Source: an uncultured Bacilli bacterium (lineage in GTDB: Bacteria > Bacillota_I > Bacilli_A > RF39 > UBA660). Taken from it: a stretch of 64,000 nucleotides of DNA. Positions 18,690 to 29,371 of this stretch are shown piece by piece; within the stretch, counting starts at the first letter, position 1; every line of letters begins with the position of its first letter. The notes beneath the pieces are model-generated. The model did not search any database, was not told where the DNA came from, and was given only the letters and a program-made list of their open reading frames with translations. The DNA lies in contig CAKPDP010000004.1 in NCBI GenBank assembly GCA_934149105.1, positions 69,277 through 133,276 on the forward strand, read 5' to 3'. The translations under genes were made by a program, and so were the position numbers.

Positions 18690-19997
18690 ATGGACGGTGA
18701 TAAAATGTTAAATTTCATAAAAAGAATTTTAAAAAATAATAAAGAAGATGAAAAAAATATCGAACTAATTAGAAATAGTAAGTATTTTGATGAAAAATAT
18801 TATCAATTAGAAAATCCCTCTGTTAAAGGCGATTTGTGTAAACATTACTACTATTATGGTTGGAAAGAAGGAAAATCTCCCAGTTATCTTTTTTCTAATG
18901 ACTATTATCTAAAAAATAACAAAGATGTTAAAACCGCTGGCATAAATCCTTTATTACATTATATAACTTATGGTAAAAAAGAAAATAGACCCATCGAAAA
19001 AGATAATGGTTTAAGTCTAAGAAAAATATACGAAAAGATATATCACGCTCCTTATAATTACAAGTTATATATGTGTGATACTAAAATAAAAAGAATAAAT
19101 ATCTTGTTTGATACTATTGATGACAGTATTTCTAGAATGGCTAGTTTATTTCAAAACATTACAACTTATTGTCAAAATAATGATTATCAATTAAGAATAG
19201 TTTACAGTCTAGAGGCTGACTTTGAATATTTAAAACAATTCTTATCGGAAAATAAAATCGTTTTACCATCTCAAACTATATTCTTAAACCTCAAAAGTTC
19301 TAATTACTTAGAAGTAAGTCCTAATGAAAAATATATTTGTACCTCTTGGAAAAATACTAAAGCCCTTATAAACACTAATATTATAGATTCAAATATATAC
19401 TATTATCTAGAAGATTATCAAGGCTTACCAGCTTCTGAATATTATCAAGTATCAAATTTAGTTTATAATTCTCAAATAACTTGTTTAGTTCCAGACCAAG
19501 ACTATTTAAATAATTTAAAAAAATGTACTTTAAAATTCCAGAATAATAATCTAAAATTCACTGAAAACAATACTAATCAATTATACTGTGATTTTAAAGA
19601 TATGTTCTTAGTTGGTGTTGAATTATTAAATAAAATCTTCTTAAATAAAGTACTAGATAGTGATAAATGGAGGATAAATATTCTAGATAATACTAATAAC
19701 TATAAGTTTCACTTTGATACAGATGTAAAAATTAGAAATGTCAAAGAAATAGAGCATGATACTGCTACTTTAATCTTTAATATTTCTGATAACTCTTCTA
19801 GTCCTACTGCTACTTGCAAAGATATTCCTTGTATAAATGCTTATATTGAAACAGAAGATGCTAGTAAGAAAGAAATAGTTCTAATAGCTGACTTTAAAAT
19901 GAATTCTAATCCCCTAAATTCTAAGGTGTCCGAAACTGCTCACTTTAGAAACCTTAAAAATAATCTAGAAACTTTAAAGGAGAATAACTATGTATAA
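18690..19997 (+). CDS. Hypothetical polysaccharide-biosynthesis protein. The N-terminus has duplicated 'YY..N.DV..G.NPL.HY..G..E.R' motifs.
   Basis: 'FDEKYYQLENPSVKGDLCKHYYYYGWKEGKSP' and 'SNDYYLKNNKDVKTAGINPLLHYITYGKKENRP'. The rest of the protein is unrecognised. Confidence 0.5.
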   Translation: MDGDKMLNFIKRILKNNKEDEKNIELIRNSKYFDEKYYQLENPSVKGDLCKHYYYYGWKEGKSPSYLFSNDYYLKNNKDVKTAGINPLLHYITYGKKENRPIEKDNGLSLRKIYEKIYHAPYNYKLYMCDTKIKRINILFDTIDDSISRMASLFQNITTYCQNNDYQLRIVYSLEADFEYLKQFLSENKIVLPSQTIFLNLKSSNYLEVSPNEKYICTSWKNTKALINTNIIDSNIYYYLEDYQGLPASEYYQVSNLVYNSQITCLVPDQDYLNNLKKCTLKFQNNNLKFTENNTNQLYCDFKDMFLVGVELLNKIFLNKVLDSDKWRINILDNTNNYKFHFDTDVKIRNVKEIEHDTATLIFNISDNSSSPTATCKDIPCINAYIETEDASKKEIVLIADFKMNSNPLNSKVSETAHFRNLKNNLETLKENNYV

Positions 19998-21168
19998 ATT
20001 AAAATGTGAAAAAGATTTTGATATTCAATTAAATATTCCTGAATTTTCTACTAGATATTATAATCTTGTTAATAGTAACAAGAAAAATATTATTTATATA
20101 AAAGATGTTTTTGATAATTCAACATTTAGATACAGAACTTACAATGTTATGGAAGCTATGCAAAATAATTCTAAATATTCTGTTAATTGTTTTCTTGTCA
20201 AAGAATTATATAGTATTTATGATCTGATTGATAAAATCTCCTTAGTTATTCTTCAAAGAGCTAAATGGTCCTTCGAACTAGAAACCTTTATTGAAATAAT
20301 AAGGAAGAAAAATATCAAAATAATATATGATATGGACGATTTAATATATCATACCAAATATGTTCCTAAATACTTAAATAGTATTAGCGATTATAAAGAT
20401 TTTACTATTGATTCTTTCTTTGCTCTAGCTAAAAGATATGAATTAGTAGCAGAGTCTTGCGATGGCTTTATTGTTACAACCAACGATTTAAAAAATCATC
20501 TTCAAGCTGATTTTGATAAACCAGTTTGGGTTCTATCTAATTTTTTAAATCAAGAACAAGAAATGGAATCTCAAAAGATAGTTCAACTAAAAGAAAAGCA
20601 AAAAAATAATAATGACCTTTTTGTAATAGGTTACTTTAGTGGTTCTAATTCCCATCAAAGAGATCTAGAAATAGTCGAGTCTGCCATCATAAAATTAATG
20701 GAAAAATATGACAATATCTATCTAAAAATAGTAGGGTACATGAATTTATCTGAAAAATTTGAAAATTTAAAAAAATCTGGAAGAATAATTATTGATAAAT
20801 TTGTTCCTTATCAAGAACTACAATATAAAATTGGTGAAGTGGATTTAAATATAATTCCTCTTCAAAATCATGAATTTAACAATTGTAAATCTGAATTAAA
20901 ATACTTTGAAGCCAGTATAGTAAATGTTATTAGTTGTGCTTCAGATAATCCTGTTTATCATAATATCATAAAAGATGGAGAAGACGGTTTTCTATGTACA
21001 GAAATGGATTGGTATGATAAAATAGAATATGTATATTTAAACAAAGAAAAAGCCCAAGCTATATCTAAAGCTGCTAATAAAAAATGTTATAAACTATACG
21101 GAAATAAGAATAAAGAAACAGAGATTGAAAAATTATATGATAAAATCCTAGAAAGTGATGATATTTAA
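19990..21168 (+). CDS. Putative GT-B-fold glycosyltransferase.
   Basis: The C-terminal half has Rossmann-like alternation ('FVIGYFSGSNSHQRD...KIVGY...IIPLQ...E...KYFEASIV') reminiscent of GT1/GT4 or TagF-like enzymes. The family call is weak. Confidence 0.4.
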   Translation: MYKLKCEKDFDIQLNIPEFSTRYYNLVNSNKKNIIYIKDVFDNSTFRYRTYNVMEAMQNNSKYSVNCFLVKELYSIYDLIDKISLVILQRAKWSFELETFIEIIRKKNIKIIYDMDDLIYHTKYVPKYLNSISDYKDFTIDSFFALAKRYELVAESCDGFIVTTNDLKNHLQADFDKPVWVLSNFLNQEQEMESQKIVQLKEKQKNNNDLFVIGYFSGSNSHQRDLEIVESAIIKLMEKYDNIYLKIVGYMNLSEKFENLKKSGRIIIDKFVPYQELQYKIGEVDLNIIPLQNHEFNNCKSELKYFEASIVNVISCASDNPVYHNIIKDGEDGFLCTEMDWYDKIEYVYLNKEKAQAISKAANKKCYKLYGNKNKETEIEKLYDKILESDDI

Positions 21169-21902
21169 TGAAAAAAGAAAATGCTATTGAAGTCAAAAAT
21201 ATGACCAAAACCTTTGATGTCTATTATGATAAAGCTAGTACTTTAAAAGAAAAACTATTATTTTGGAAAAGAGGCAACAAAGAAGTACGTACCGTTTTAA
21301 AAAATATTAACATAGACATAAAAAAAGGGGAGACCGTTGCTTTAATTGGAACTAATGGTAGTGGTAAATCTACTTTATTAAAACTTATGACTAAGATAAT
21401 TTATCCTACTGAAGGAACTGTTGAGACTACTGGTAAATTAACATCTCTCTTAGAACTAGGAGCAGGTTTTCACCCTGATTTCTCTGGACGAGAAAATATT
21501 TATTTTAATGCCTCAATATTTGGCTTATCCAAAAAAGAAATAGATAAAAGATTAAATGATATTATTGCTTTTTCTGAACTAGAAGAATTTATCGATAACC
21601 CCGTCAGAACTTATTCATCAGGAATGTATATGCGCTTAGCCTTTAGTGTTGCCATCAACGTTGATGCTGACATTCTCTTAATAGATGAAATATTAGCCGT
21701 AGGAGATCAACACTTTCAAGATAAATGTTTTAAAAAATTAGAAAGCTTAAGAGATAGTAATAAAACAATAGTTATAGTAACTCATAGCCTAGATTCTGTA
21801 AAAAAACTATGTAATAGAGCTATCTGGATTAAAGATGGTATCGTAAAAAGAGATGGCGATACTAATTCTGTAATTGCAGAATATCTAAAGGAATGTCAGT
21901 AG
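21168..21902 (+). CDS. ABC transporter ATP-binding protein for polysaccharide or teichoic-acid export (TagH/Wzt/RgpD-like).
   Basis: Walker A 'GTNGSGKST', signature 'YSSGMYMRLAF' and Walker B 'LLIDEILAVGD'. Confidence 0.85.
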   Translation: MKKENAIEVKNMTKTFDVYYDKASTLKEKLLFWKRGNKEVRTVLKNINIDIKKGETVALIGTNGSGKSTLLKLMTKIIYPTEGTVETTGKLTSLLELGAGFHPDFSGRENIYFNASIFGLSKKEIDKRLNDIIAFSELEEFIDNPVRTYSSGMYMRLAFSVAINVDADILLIDEILAVGDQHFQDKCFKKLESLRDSNKTIVIVTHSLDSVKKLCNRAIWIKDGIVKRDGDTNSVIAEYLKECQ

Positions 21903-21910
21903 GTGATAAA

Positions 21911-22684
21911 ATGAAATTAGTAAATGATTTAATAAATTATGGTGAATTTTTAAAGTCCAATGTCAAAAAAGATATTCGTGGAAAATATAAAGGTTCATTT
22001 CTAGGAATTTTATGGAGCTTTATTAATCCTTTATTATCAGTTCTTGTCTATGCCATAGTATTTCCTTACATAATGCGTATAAAAGTAGATAATTATTTAA
22101 TTTATCTTATTACTGGAATAATCCCTTGGACCTTCTTTACTAGTTCTATCAATATGGGATTAATATCCGTTCTAAGCAATGCTGATATTATCAAAAAAGT
22201 ATATTTCCCTAGAATTATTTTACCCATCTCGACAGTTACTAGTTGCTTAGTTAATTTCCTAATTTCCTGTGCAATAATATTATTATTCTGTCTTGGTAGT
22301 GGCCTAGGAATAAGTTTCCAATTATTATGGCTTCCTTTAATTGCTATAATTCAATATGTAATGTTATTAGGTTTTACCTTTATTCTAAGTGCTTTAGAAA
22401 TGTATATGCGTGACATAGAACATATTGTTAATTTTATCTTAAGTATGGCTTTCTATGTAACACCAATTCTTTATACTCCTGATATCTTCCCTCAAAAGTT
22501 ATCATGGGTCCTAAAAGTAAATCCTATGGCTTATTTAGTAAATGCCTATAGAAGTATTTTCTTTTATAAAACAACGCCTGATATTCAAGGCCTAGCTATA
22601 GTGAGTATATTTAGTATTCTAATTTTCTTAATAGGTTATTTCATATTTGAAAAGTTGCAAAAAGGTTTTGCTGAAGAAGTATAG
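21911..22684 (+). CDS. ABC-2 type permease (TagG/Wzm/RgpC-like).
   Basis: Six TM helices. 'KKDIRGKYKGSFLGILWSFINPL' is the conserved ABC-2 N-terminal motif. The start is set to the ATG at 21911, after a TAGGTGA RBS. Confidence 0.8.
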   Translation: MKLVNDLINYGEFLKSNVKKDIRGKYKGSFLGILWSFINPLLSVLVYAIVFPYIMRIKVDNYLIYLITGIIPWTFFTSSINMGLISVLSNADIIKKVYFPRIILPISTVTSCLVNFLISCAIILLFCLGSGLGISFQLLWLPLIAIIQYVMLLGFTFILSALEMYMRDIEHIVNFILSMAFYVTPILYTPDIFPQKLSWVLKVNPMAYLVNAYRSIFFYKTTPDIQGLAIVSIFSILIFLIGYFIFEKLQKGFAEEV

Positions 22685-22772
22685 GAAAATAAAATACATA
22701 ACGATTTAAAAGATAATATATTTTATACCTGTAGTTTAATCGAATATTAGCTAGACTTACTAAAAATACTAA

Positions 22773-23136
22773 AAAAAGTATAGTCTCTCAATTAGGCTAA
22801 ACAATCTAAAGAAAATATATACATTAGCAGAAATTTACCACACAGAAAATATTGAAAAAGTAGCCTACGAGTTTATAACATCTTGTAATATCAAAGTTGG
22901 AAACTACGATATAATATCTAAGTGCTTATATAATGTACCAACTTATTATGATCTTGGCAAAGTCTATAAAAGACTAATTATTATGGTTGATAATAACCCT
23001 GACAATTTCCTAAATACCTTAATTGAAGTAATGTCTTCTTGGATTATAAATCATATTGATAATTACAATAGTAGTCTTTATTATAAAAATCCCGATTATA
23101 TCTATCAATGCTATAAAGCAGGAAAAATTCTATAGG
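22773..23136 (+). pseudogene. Open reading frame of about 120 codons lacking a canonical start codon. Possibly a gene fragment.
   Basis: The frame is open from the TAA at 22770-22772 to the TAG at about 23134-23136 and translates to '...NYDIISKCLYNVPTYYDLGKVYKRLIIMVDNNPDNFLNTLIEVMSSWIINHIDNY...'. The only ATG lies late in the frame (MVDNN). Confidence 0.3.
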
Positions 23137-23149
23137 AGGTAGTAAAAAT

Positions 23150-25324
23150 ATGACTTCAGATTTTAAAATTTCATCTTTAGAAATAGATGGCATTAGAAAT
23201 GCTAAAGTTATCTTGACTGGTGAATGCAAAAATAAAAATGATTTAAAAATATTAATAGACGGTCAACAAGTAACACCCAAAGATAATATTATTTTAGATA
23301 AAAAATATGTCGTAAATAGGATTAAAAATATAAAAACATCTAATTTTAACTATTACATATTATTATCCAAAACTAATAAAAAATTAGAAATTTATTATAA
23401 AGATAAATTAATTATTCAAAAGAAAGTATCCCTTTCTTTTAGAATTATTTTTCATCTAAAAACTATAATAAAAAGATTATTTTCTATTCTTAAAAGACTA
23501 CCTAAAATAATAGTTAAAACTCTAAAATTAATGTGGCAAAGACATCATTTCTTAGTACCTCCAAGAATGTTAAAGCAATATCTTCATTCTTTCAACAATA
23601 ATATTAGTAATAAAAATATTGATGAATTATTTTATAATCCATTGCTTGATAAAGATTATCAAGCTTGGTTAAATGAAAATAAAATTGAAACAAAATATCA
23701 AGAATTAACTTACAAACCCTTAATAAGTATAGTTATTCCTGTCTATAATGTTTCAGAATATTTATTAAAATCTTGCTTAGATAGTATCCTAAATCAAAGC
23801 TATAAAAATTTTGAAATCTGTTTAGCAGACGATCATTCTACTAATGAAGAAACCATAAAAACTCTAAAAGAATATGAAAATAAATATGAGCAGATAAAAG
23901 TAATTTATAGAAAAACTAATGGTCATATTAGTGAAGCTACTAATAGTGCTTTAACATTAGCAACTGGAGAATTTATAGGATTAGTAGATAACGATGATGT
24001 CTTAGATAAAGATGCCTTATACTACATAGCTTTAGAATTAAATAAAAATAAAAACTTAGATTTAATTTATAGTGATGAAGATAAATTAGACTTTAATGAA
24101 AAAAGATGTTTCCCTCATTTTAAACCTGATTTTTCTATAGATACCTTTCTTTCTTCTAACTATTTTTGCCATTTTACTGTAATTAGAAAAAAAATAATTG
24201 ATAAATTAAATGGTTTTCGAAGTGAATATAATGGGGCTCAAGATTACGATCTTTTTCTAAGAGTAATTGATAAAACTAAAAATATTGGTCATGTTTCTAA
24301 AATATTATATCATTGGCGAATGACAGAAAATTCTACCTCAAGTGGTGGTGAACATAAAAATTATGCTTACGATGCTGGAAAAAGAGCCTTAGAAGACTAT
24401 TTTCAAAGAAATAATATTTCTGCCAAAGTCCATTTAATTGGAACTCCTGAAATGTATAGAATTCAATATCTTTATTCTAAAGAACCTAAAATAAGTATTA
24501 TTATTCCTACCAAAGATAAAAAAGATGTTCTAAATACTTGTCTAAATTCTTTATATAATAATACTAACTATTCTAATTATGAAGTTATAGTAGTTGATAA
24601 TAATAGTCAAGAACCAGAAACCTTTGCTTTATTAAATGATTATAAAAATAAATATAAAAATTTTAAAGTTCTAAGATTAGAGTGCGAGTTTAACTATTCT
24701 TATTTAAATGACGAAGCAGTCAAAAACGCTACTGGGGAATATATTGTTCTTTTAAATAATGATACTGAAGTAATAAGTCCCAATTGGCTATCAGAGATGG
24801 TTGGTTATGCTATGCAAAACCATGTTGGCTGTGTCGGAGCTAAATTACTTTATCCTAATCAAACTATTCAACATGCCGGAGTTGTAGTAGGAGTAGGGGG
24901 AATTGCCATGCATGCCTTTGTTTCAACTGGTAGAAATCAATACGGTTATTTTGGAAGACTAGTATCAGTATATGACTATTCCTGCGTAACAGCAGCGTGC
25001 CTTATGATAAAGAAATCTAAATATTTAGAAGTAAATGGCTTAGATGAAAAATTAAAAGTCGCCTATAATGACGTTGATCTTAACTTAAAATTATTAGAAA
25101 AAGGTTACAATAATGTTGTTCTTCCTCACGTTGAATTATTTCATTATGAATCATTATCACGAGGTAATGATATGAGTAGTAGTCAAATAAAAAGGTTTAA
25201 AGAAGAGACTGATTATATGTGTGATAAATGGAAAGATAAATTATTAACAGATAAATTTTATAATGACAATTTCAGTTATAATTATGCTTTCAGATTAGAT
25301 AGGAGAAATGAACATGATAAATAA
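23150..25324 (+). CDS. Glycosyltransferase with two tandem GT2 (GT-A) domains, resembling two-domain rhamnosyltransferases of the RgpB/RgpF class.
   Basis: Two 'PLISIVIPVYN...DD.S' modules, with DxD motifs 'VDNDD' and 'NNDT'. It is a paralogue of 43727..45559, sharing 'RHHFLVPPR'. Confidence 0.85.
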   Translation: MTSDFKISSLEIDGIRNAKVILTGECKNKNDLKILIDGQQVTPKDNIILDKKYVVNRIKNIKTSNFNYYILLSKTNKKLEIYYKDKLIIQKKVSLSFRIIFHLKTIIKRLFSILKRLPKIIVKTLKLMWQRHHFLVPPRMLKQYLHSFNNNISNKNIDELFYNPLLDKDYQAWLNENKIETKYQELTYKPLISIVIPVYNVSEYLLKSCLDSILNQSYKNFEICLADDHSTNEETIKTLKEYENKYEQIKVIYRKTNGHISEATNSALTLATGEFIGLVDNDDVLDKDALYYIALELNKNKNLDLIYSDEDKLDFNEKRCFPHFKPDFSIDTFLSSNYFCHFTVIRKKIIDKLNGFRSEYNGAQDYDLFLRVIDKTKNIGHVSKILYHWRMTENSTSSGGEHKNYAYDAGKRALEDYFQRNNISAKVHLIGTPEMYRIQYLYSKEPKISIIIPTKDKKDVLNTCLNSLYNNTNYSNYEVIVVDNNSQEPETFALLNDYKNKYKNFKVLRLECEFNYSYLNDEAVKNATGEYIVLLNNDTEVISPNWLSEMVGYAMQNHVGCVGAKLLYPNQTIQHAGVVVGVGGIAMHAFVSTGRNQYGYFGRLVSVYDYSCVTAACLMIKKSKYLEVNGLDEKLKVAYNDVDLNLKLLEKGYNNVVLPHVELFHYESLSRGNDMSSSQIKRFKEETDYMCDKWKDKLLTDKFYNDNFSYNYAFRLDRRNEHDK

Positions 25325-25925
25325 TATAATAAATTATATAAAAAATAATCCCCAAAAATTATTTTGCTATTTTCTAATCTTTGCAGGAATTTTACTTTTT
25401 ATTCTAGTTTTCTTAATAAAGCCTCATAAACTAACTAGCGAAGGTTTATATAGTATTACAAATCCTGAAGATGAATATCAGCAAGAAATAACTTTTCCTA
25501 TTGAGCAAAAAATAACAATTAGTAAAAAGATTTTAAATGGAATATATCTATATTTAGGCGAAGATGATATAAATTCTTATCCCTATACAGTAACTTTAAA
25601 AGATGAAGAGGGTACAGAATACTTTAACCATTACTTTAATTTAGATTATGATTCTAATATAATATATATAGGATTACCTTTAACTATCGATACAACTAAA
25701 GAATTTCTCCTAACAATTGATTGCCAAGAATGTAAAAATGTCGAATTATCAGTAATGGATGCTAATCAAGATAATACTCATATAGTAGGTAATGATGATA
25801 AAACCCTAAAACTATCTATAGATTACTATAAAAAGAACAACAATTATTATTGGTACACAGCTTTATCCATAGTAATAGGACTAACCCTTTTACCACTAGC
25901 AAGGAGGAAAGAACAACATGACTAA
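25308..25925 (+). CDS. Membrane-anchored protein of unknown function.
   Basis: An N-terminal TM helix and a C-terminal TM helix. Overlaps its neighbours. Confidence 0.45.
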   Translation: MNMINNIINYIKNNPQKLFCYFLIFAGILLFILVFLIKPHKLTSEGLYSITNPEDEYQQEITFPIEQKITISKKILNGIYLYLGEDDINSYPYTVTLKDEEGTEYFNHYFNLDYDSNIIYIGLPLTIDTTKEFLLTIDCQECKNVELSVMDANQDNTHIVGNDDKTLKLSIDYYKKNNNYYWYTALSIVIGLTLLPLARRKEQHD

Positions 25926-27771
25926 ATTAAAAAAAGTAATAAAAGCAATTAGTATCTTAATGTTAATTTTAGTTATAAGTATTCTTTTTGACTTTTTAAT
26001 ATTTAATCGAAAACAATTTACCTTAAAAAAAGAAGATAAAGGAATAATAACTATTGATAACTATACTACAAATGATCTAGATGATAATAAAAAAAGTATA
26101 GAGATAAAAATAGATAAAAAATATATAAATAAACTTAGAATAAAATATTCTGCCAAAGATGATATTCCTATAAAAATACAATATATAGGAAAAGATTATT
26201 ATAATAAAGATAAAACTAATGAAGTAGCAGATACTCTAGATAATGAAACCGATGAATTAATATATAATATCAAAGATAATGTTAAAAAGATTAATATTAT
26301 TTATGATAATAAATATTCTTTTGAATTAAAAAATATATCTATAGATAATACTTTTAAATTAAATCCTCTTAGAATCTTTTTTGTATTTTCAATCTTATTC
26401 CTAGCACTAACTCTATTTAGCTTCTATAAAAAAGGATTTAAAACCGATAACCTATACAAATATTTTATCATTGTTGCTAGTATTCTGGGTATAACATTTA
26501 TTATAATTCAACCCTCAGCAACTTATTACTCTTGGGATGATCAAATTCATTTTGAGTACATGCTAGAATTAAAAGGCAGTACTATCACTTGGAATGTTGG
26601 AGAATTTTCCATGATTGATCCATCATCGATTGGTAGAGGCTCAATTGATTCTCTAGAAGAGCAGATAAATCAAATGGACTACTTAAACAAAGCCAAAAGT
26701 AGCAATTATCAAACTACCGGTGGTAGATTTATCACTTACAATAAAATTGCTTATATTCCTTCTGCCATAGGATACTATCTTTGTAAATTCTTAAAATTGC
26801 CATTTGTAATTTGCTTCAAAGTAGGTAAAATTTTTAATTTACTAGCCTTCGTTTTGATTATGGGTTACGCTATAAAGATAAGTAAATTAGGAAAAAGACT
26901 ATTATGTGTTATAGGACTATTACCAATAAATATCTTTTTAGCAACTCAATACTCATATGATCCTGCAGTAACATCTGGTATTACCTTATCGTTAGTAATT
27001 CTAATGAATTGGTTCGTTGATAAAAATAGTAAAGTTGATTTTAAGAGTATGTTACTATTTATCTTAGCTTTATTATATGGATGTTTTACTAAAGCTATAT
27101 ATATACCATTTATATTATTATTCTTATTTGTACCAAAAGACAAATTTAATAATTCTAAAGAAAGAATACTGCTAAAAATAGGAATTATTATTATATTTTT
27201 ACTTGTTTTATATACTTTTGTCTCACCAACAACTCTGTCAGCTCAAACAGGTGATATAAGAGGCGGAAATACGAGTGTTAGTTCTCAATTAAAACTAATA
27301 TTTAGCCATCCTATTGGTTATATAAGAATATTAAAAGATACTTTTATTGATGATTTCTTTAATAAACTTTTCAGTAATGCCAACGGCAATCTTGCTTATT
27401 TAGGTAGAATAAGTTCTAATTGTGGCTACCTTGCTTTATTAACTTTAGCTTTTGTAGGTTTTACAGATACTGAAGAAAAACATTTGAAATTACATCAAAG
27501 ATTATTAACAATAATAGCAGTTTTAGGAATAATTGTTTTAATTTGGACTGCCCTATATTTATCATTTACTCCAGTAGGCTTAAATACTATAAACGGCGTT
27601 CAAGTAAGATATTTTATGCCATTTATTTTCCCATTATTTATATGTATTCAATCATCAAATATCAAAAATAAAATGTCTGAAAAAAAATACAATATGATAG
27701 TATTTTGTCTCATGAGTATTACCACACTAACAATAATGTATGAATTAGTATTAAAGATATTATGTTATTAA
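25918..27771 (+). CDS. Large polytopic membrane protein. A GT-C-like glycosyltransferase or polymerase is suspected.
   Basis: An N-terminal TM helix, a soluble domain, then more than 10 TM helices. Confidence 0.5.
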   Translation: MTKLKKVIKAISILMLILVISILFDFLIFNRKQFTLKKEDKGIITIDNYTTNDLDDNKKSIEIKIDKKYINKLRIKYSAKDDIPIKIQYIGKDYYNKDKTNEVADTLDNETDELIYNIKDNVKKINIIYDNKYSFELKNISIDNTFKLNPLRIFFVFSILFLALTLFSFYKKGFKTDNLYKYFIIVASILGITFIIIQPSATYYSWDDQIHFEYMLELKGSTITWNVGEFSMIDPSSIGRGSIDSLEEQINQMDYLNKAKSSNYQTTGGRFITYNKIAYIPSAIGYYLCKFLKLPFVICFKVGKIFNLLAFVLIMGYAIKISKLGKRLLCVIGLLPINIFLATQYSYDPAVTSGITLSLVILMNWFVDKNSKVDFKSMLLFILALLYGCFTKAIYIPFILLFLFVPKDKFNNSKERILLKIGIIIIFLLVLYTFVSPTTLSAQTGDIRGGNTSVSSQLKLIFSHPIGYIRILKDTFIDDFFNKLFSNANGNLAYLGRISSNCGYLALLTLAFVGFTDTEEKHLKLHQRLLTIIAVLGIIVLIWTALYLSFTPVGLNTINGVQVRYFMPFIFPLFICIQSSNIKNKMSEKKYNMIVFCLMSITTLTIMYELVLKILCY

Positions 27772-27871
27772 AGTGTAGAAAATGATTCTATTCAAATACT
27801 TAAACATCACAATATTCAATAAAAACAAAATAAGTGTTTTTAGTAAAATTATCGTGCAAGGAGAAAATATA

Positions 27872-29371
27872 ATGAAAAATATTTTGCATAAAATAATTCA
27901 AATGGTTTTTATTTTATTATTTCTAATTGTTGGTTTAATTATTATATTTAACAATGATAAAAAATATTTTATTCCAACTTTGTTTAACAATAAAATTTTG
28001 TTCCTGTTTGGGATGCTTTTTATAATAATAATTTTAATCTTATTAAAAAAATGCAAAATTAAAATTTCTGAAAAAAGCATTTTGATTATATTATCATCAA
28101 TATTATTTTTGATTGAGATAATTATAATGATAAATGCTGCTTTCAGAAGTGGTTGGGATGTTGGAATGTTATATGATGCCGCATATTTAAATATATTCAA
28201 TAGTCCTAATAAAATAAATTTTACTACTTCTAAATATTATTTTGAAATGTATCCCAACAACGTTTGCTTTTTACTATATGAGATGTTTTGGGCCTTTATT
28301 ACAAAAGTTATAGGTAAAGGTCCTAAAACATTGAGTCTAATTTTGATTCTTAATAATTGTATAATCTATGTAGTAGTTGGAGTATTAATGTATTTATGTA
28401 TAAAAAAGCTAACAAAAAGTTGTAAAATATCATTATTAGCATGGTTTATGTATTTTATACTAATAGGAACGTCATCATGGTTCTTAATTCCATATTCTGA
28501 TTCACTAGGATTACTTTTCCCAACTTTAGTATTATTTATATATCTATATTATCAAAAAAATCCATATTTTAAGATCTTTTTAATTTCTATAATCTCATTT
28601 TTAGGGTATCAAATAAAGCCACAAATTATAATTATTTTTATAGCAATAATTATATTAGAAGCCTTTAATATCTTAAATAAAGATTTATTATCTAAAAAAA
28701 ATATATTAAAGTTATCTAAAAAAGTATTAATTATTTGCTTATCATATTTTTTGATTTCAATTCCACTATCTTTCACCAAGAATTATATAATGGAATTGGA
28801 TCAAAATAAAAAAATTGGCTTATCACACTTCTTAATGATGGGGTTAAATGTAGAAACAAGTGGCAAATGGAGTGGAGAAGATATTTCCTATTCTAGTTCT
28901 TTTTTAAACCAAAAGTCGAGAACAAAAGGAAATTTGGAAGTTATAAAACAACGATTACACAATTTAGGACCATTAGGTTTAATGAAACACTTAAAAAATA
29001 AAACATTAGTTAATTTTAATGATGGAACATTTTATTTTGGAGAAGAAGGTAGCTTTTACGTCTACGAATACTATGACAACAAATATAGTAAATTGATAAA
29101 AGATTTTGTTTATTCTAATGGTAAATATTATATTTATCTATCTACAGTAAGACAAGCTATCTGGTTAAATATTTTGATTTTTATGTTATTTAGTTATGGT
29201 AGTAAAAATAAAAATGTTCTAATTATTCAATTATCACTAATTGGGCTCTTAATATTTGAAACATTATTTGAAGCGAGATCTAGATATCTGTTCATCTATG
29301 TTCCATACTTCATTATGCTATTTAGCATAGGAATTAAAAAAATACATTCAAAAGTTAGAGGTGTAAATTAA
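27872..29371 (+). CDS. Polytopic membrane protein, GT-C-like (ArnT/PMT/GacL-class) candidate.
   Basis: About 12 TM helices with a C-terminal extracytoplasmic region. The start is moved to the ATG at 27872, after a GGAGAAAA RBS. Confidence 0.5.
   Translation: MKNILHKIIQMVFILLFLIVGLIIIFNNDKKYFIPTLFNNKILFLFGMLFIIIILILLKKCKIKISEKSILIILSSILFLIEIIIMINAAFRSGWDVGMLYDAAYLNIFNSPNKINFTTSKYYFEMYPNNVCFLLYEMFWAFITKVIGKGPKTLSLILILNNCIIYVVVGVLMYLCIKKLTKSCKISLLAWFMYFILIGTSSWFLIPYSDSLGLLFPTLVLFIYLYYQKNPYFKIFLISIISFLGYQIKPQIIIIFIAIIILEAFNILNKDLLSKKNILKLSKKVLIICLSYFLISIPLSFTKNYIMELDQNKKIGLSHFLMMGLNVETSGKWSGEDISYSSSFLNQKSRTKGNLEVIKQRLHNLGPLGLMKHLKNKTLVNFNDGTFYFGEEGSFYVYEYYDNKYSKLIKDFVYSNGKYYIYLSTVRQAIWLNILIFMLFSYGSKNKNVLIIQLSLIGLLIFETLFEARSRYLFIYVPYFIMLFSIGIKKIHSKVRGVN

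Noticed and set aside
23044-23229. A 61-aa minus-strand ORF spanning the start of the two-domain GT2.
   Set aside because: It overlaps the RBS and start of a strongly supported gene, with no independent support.
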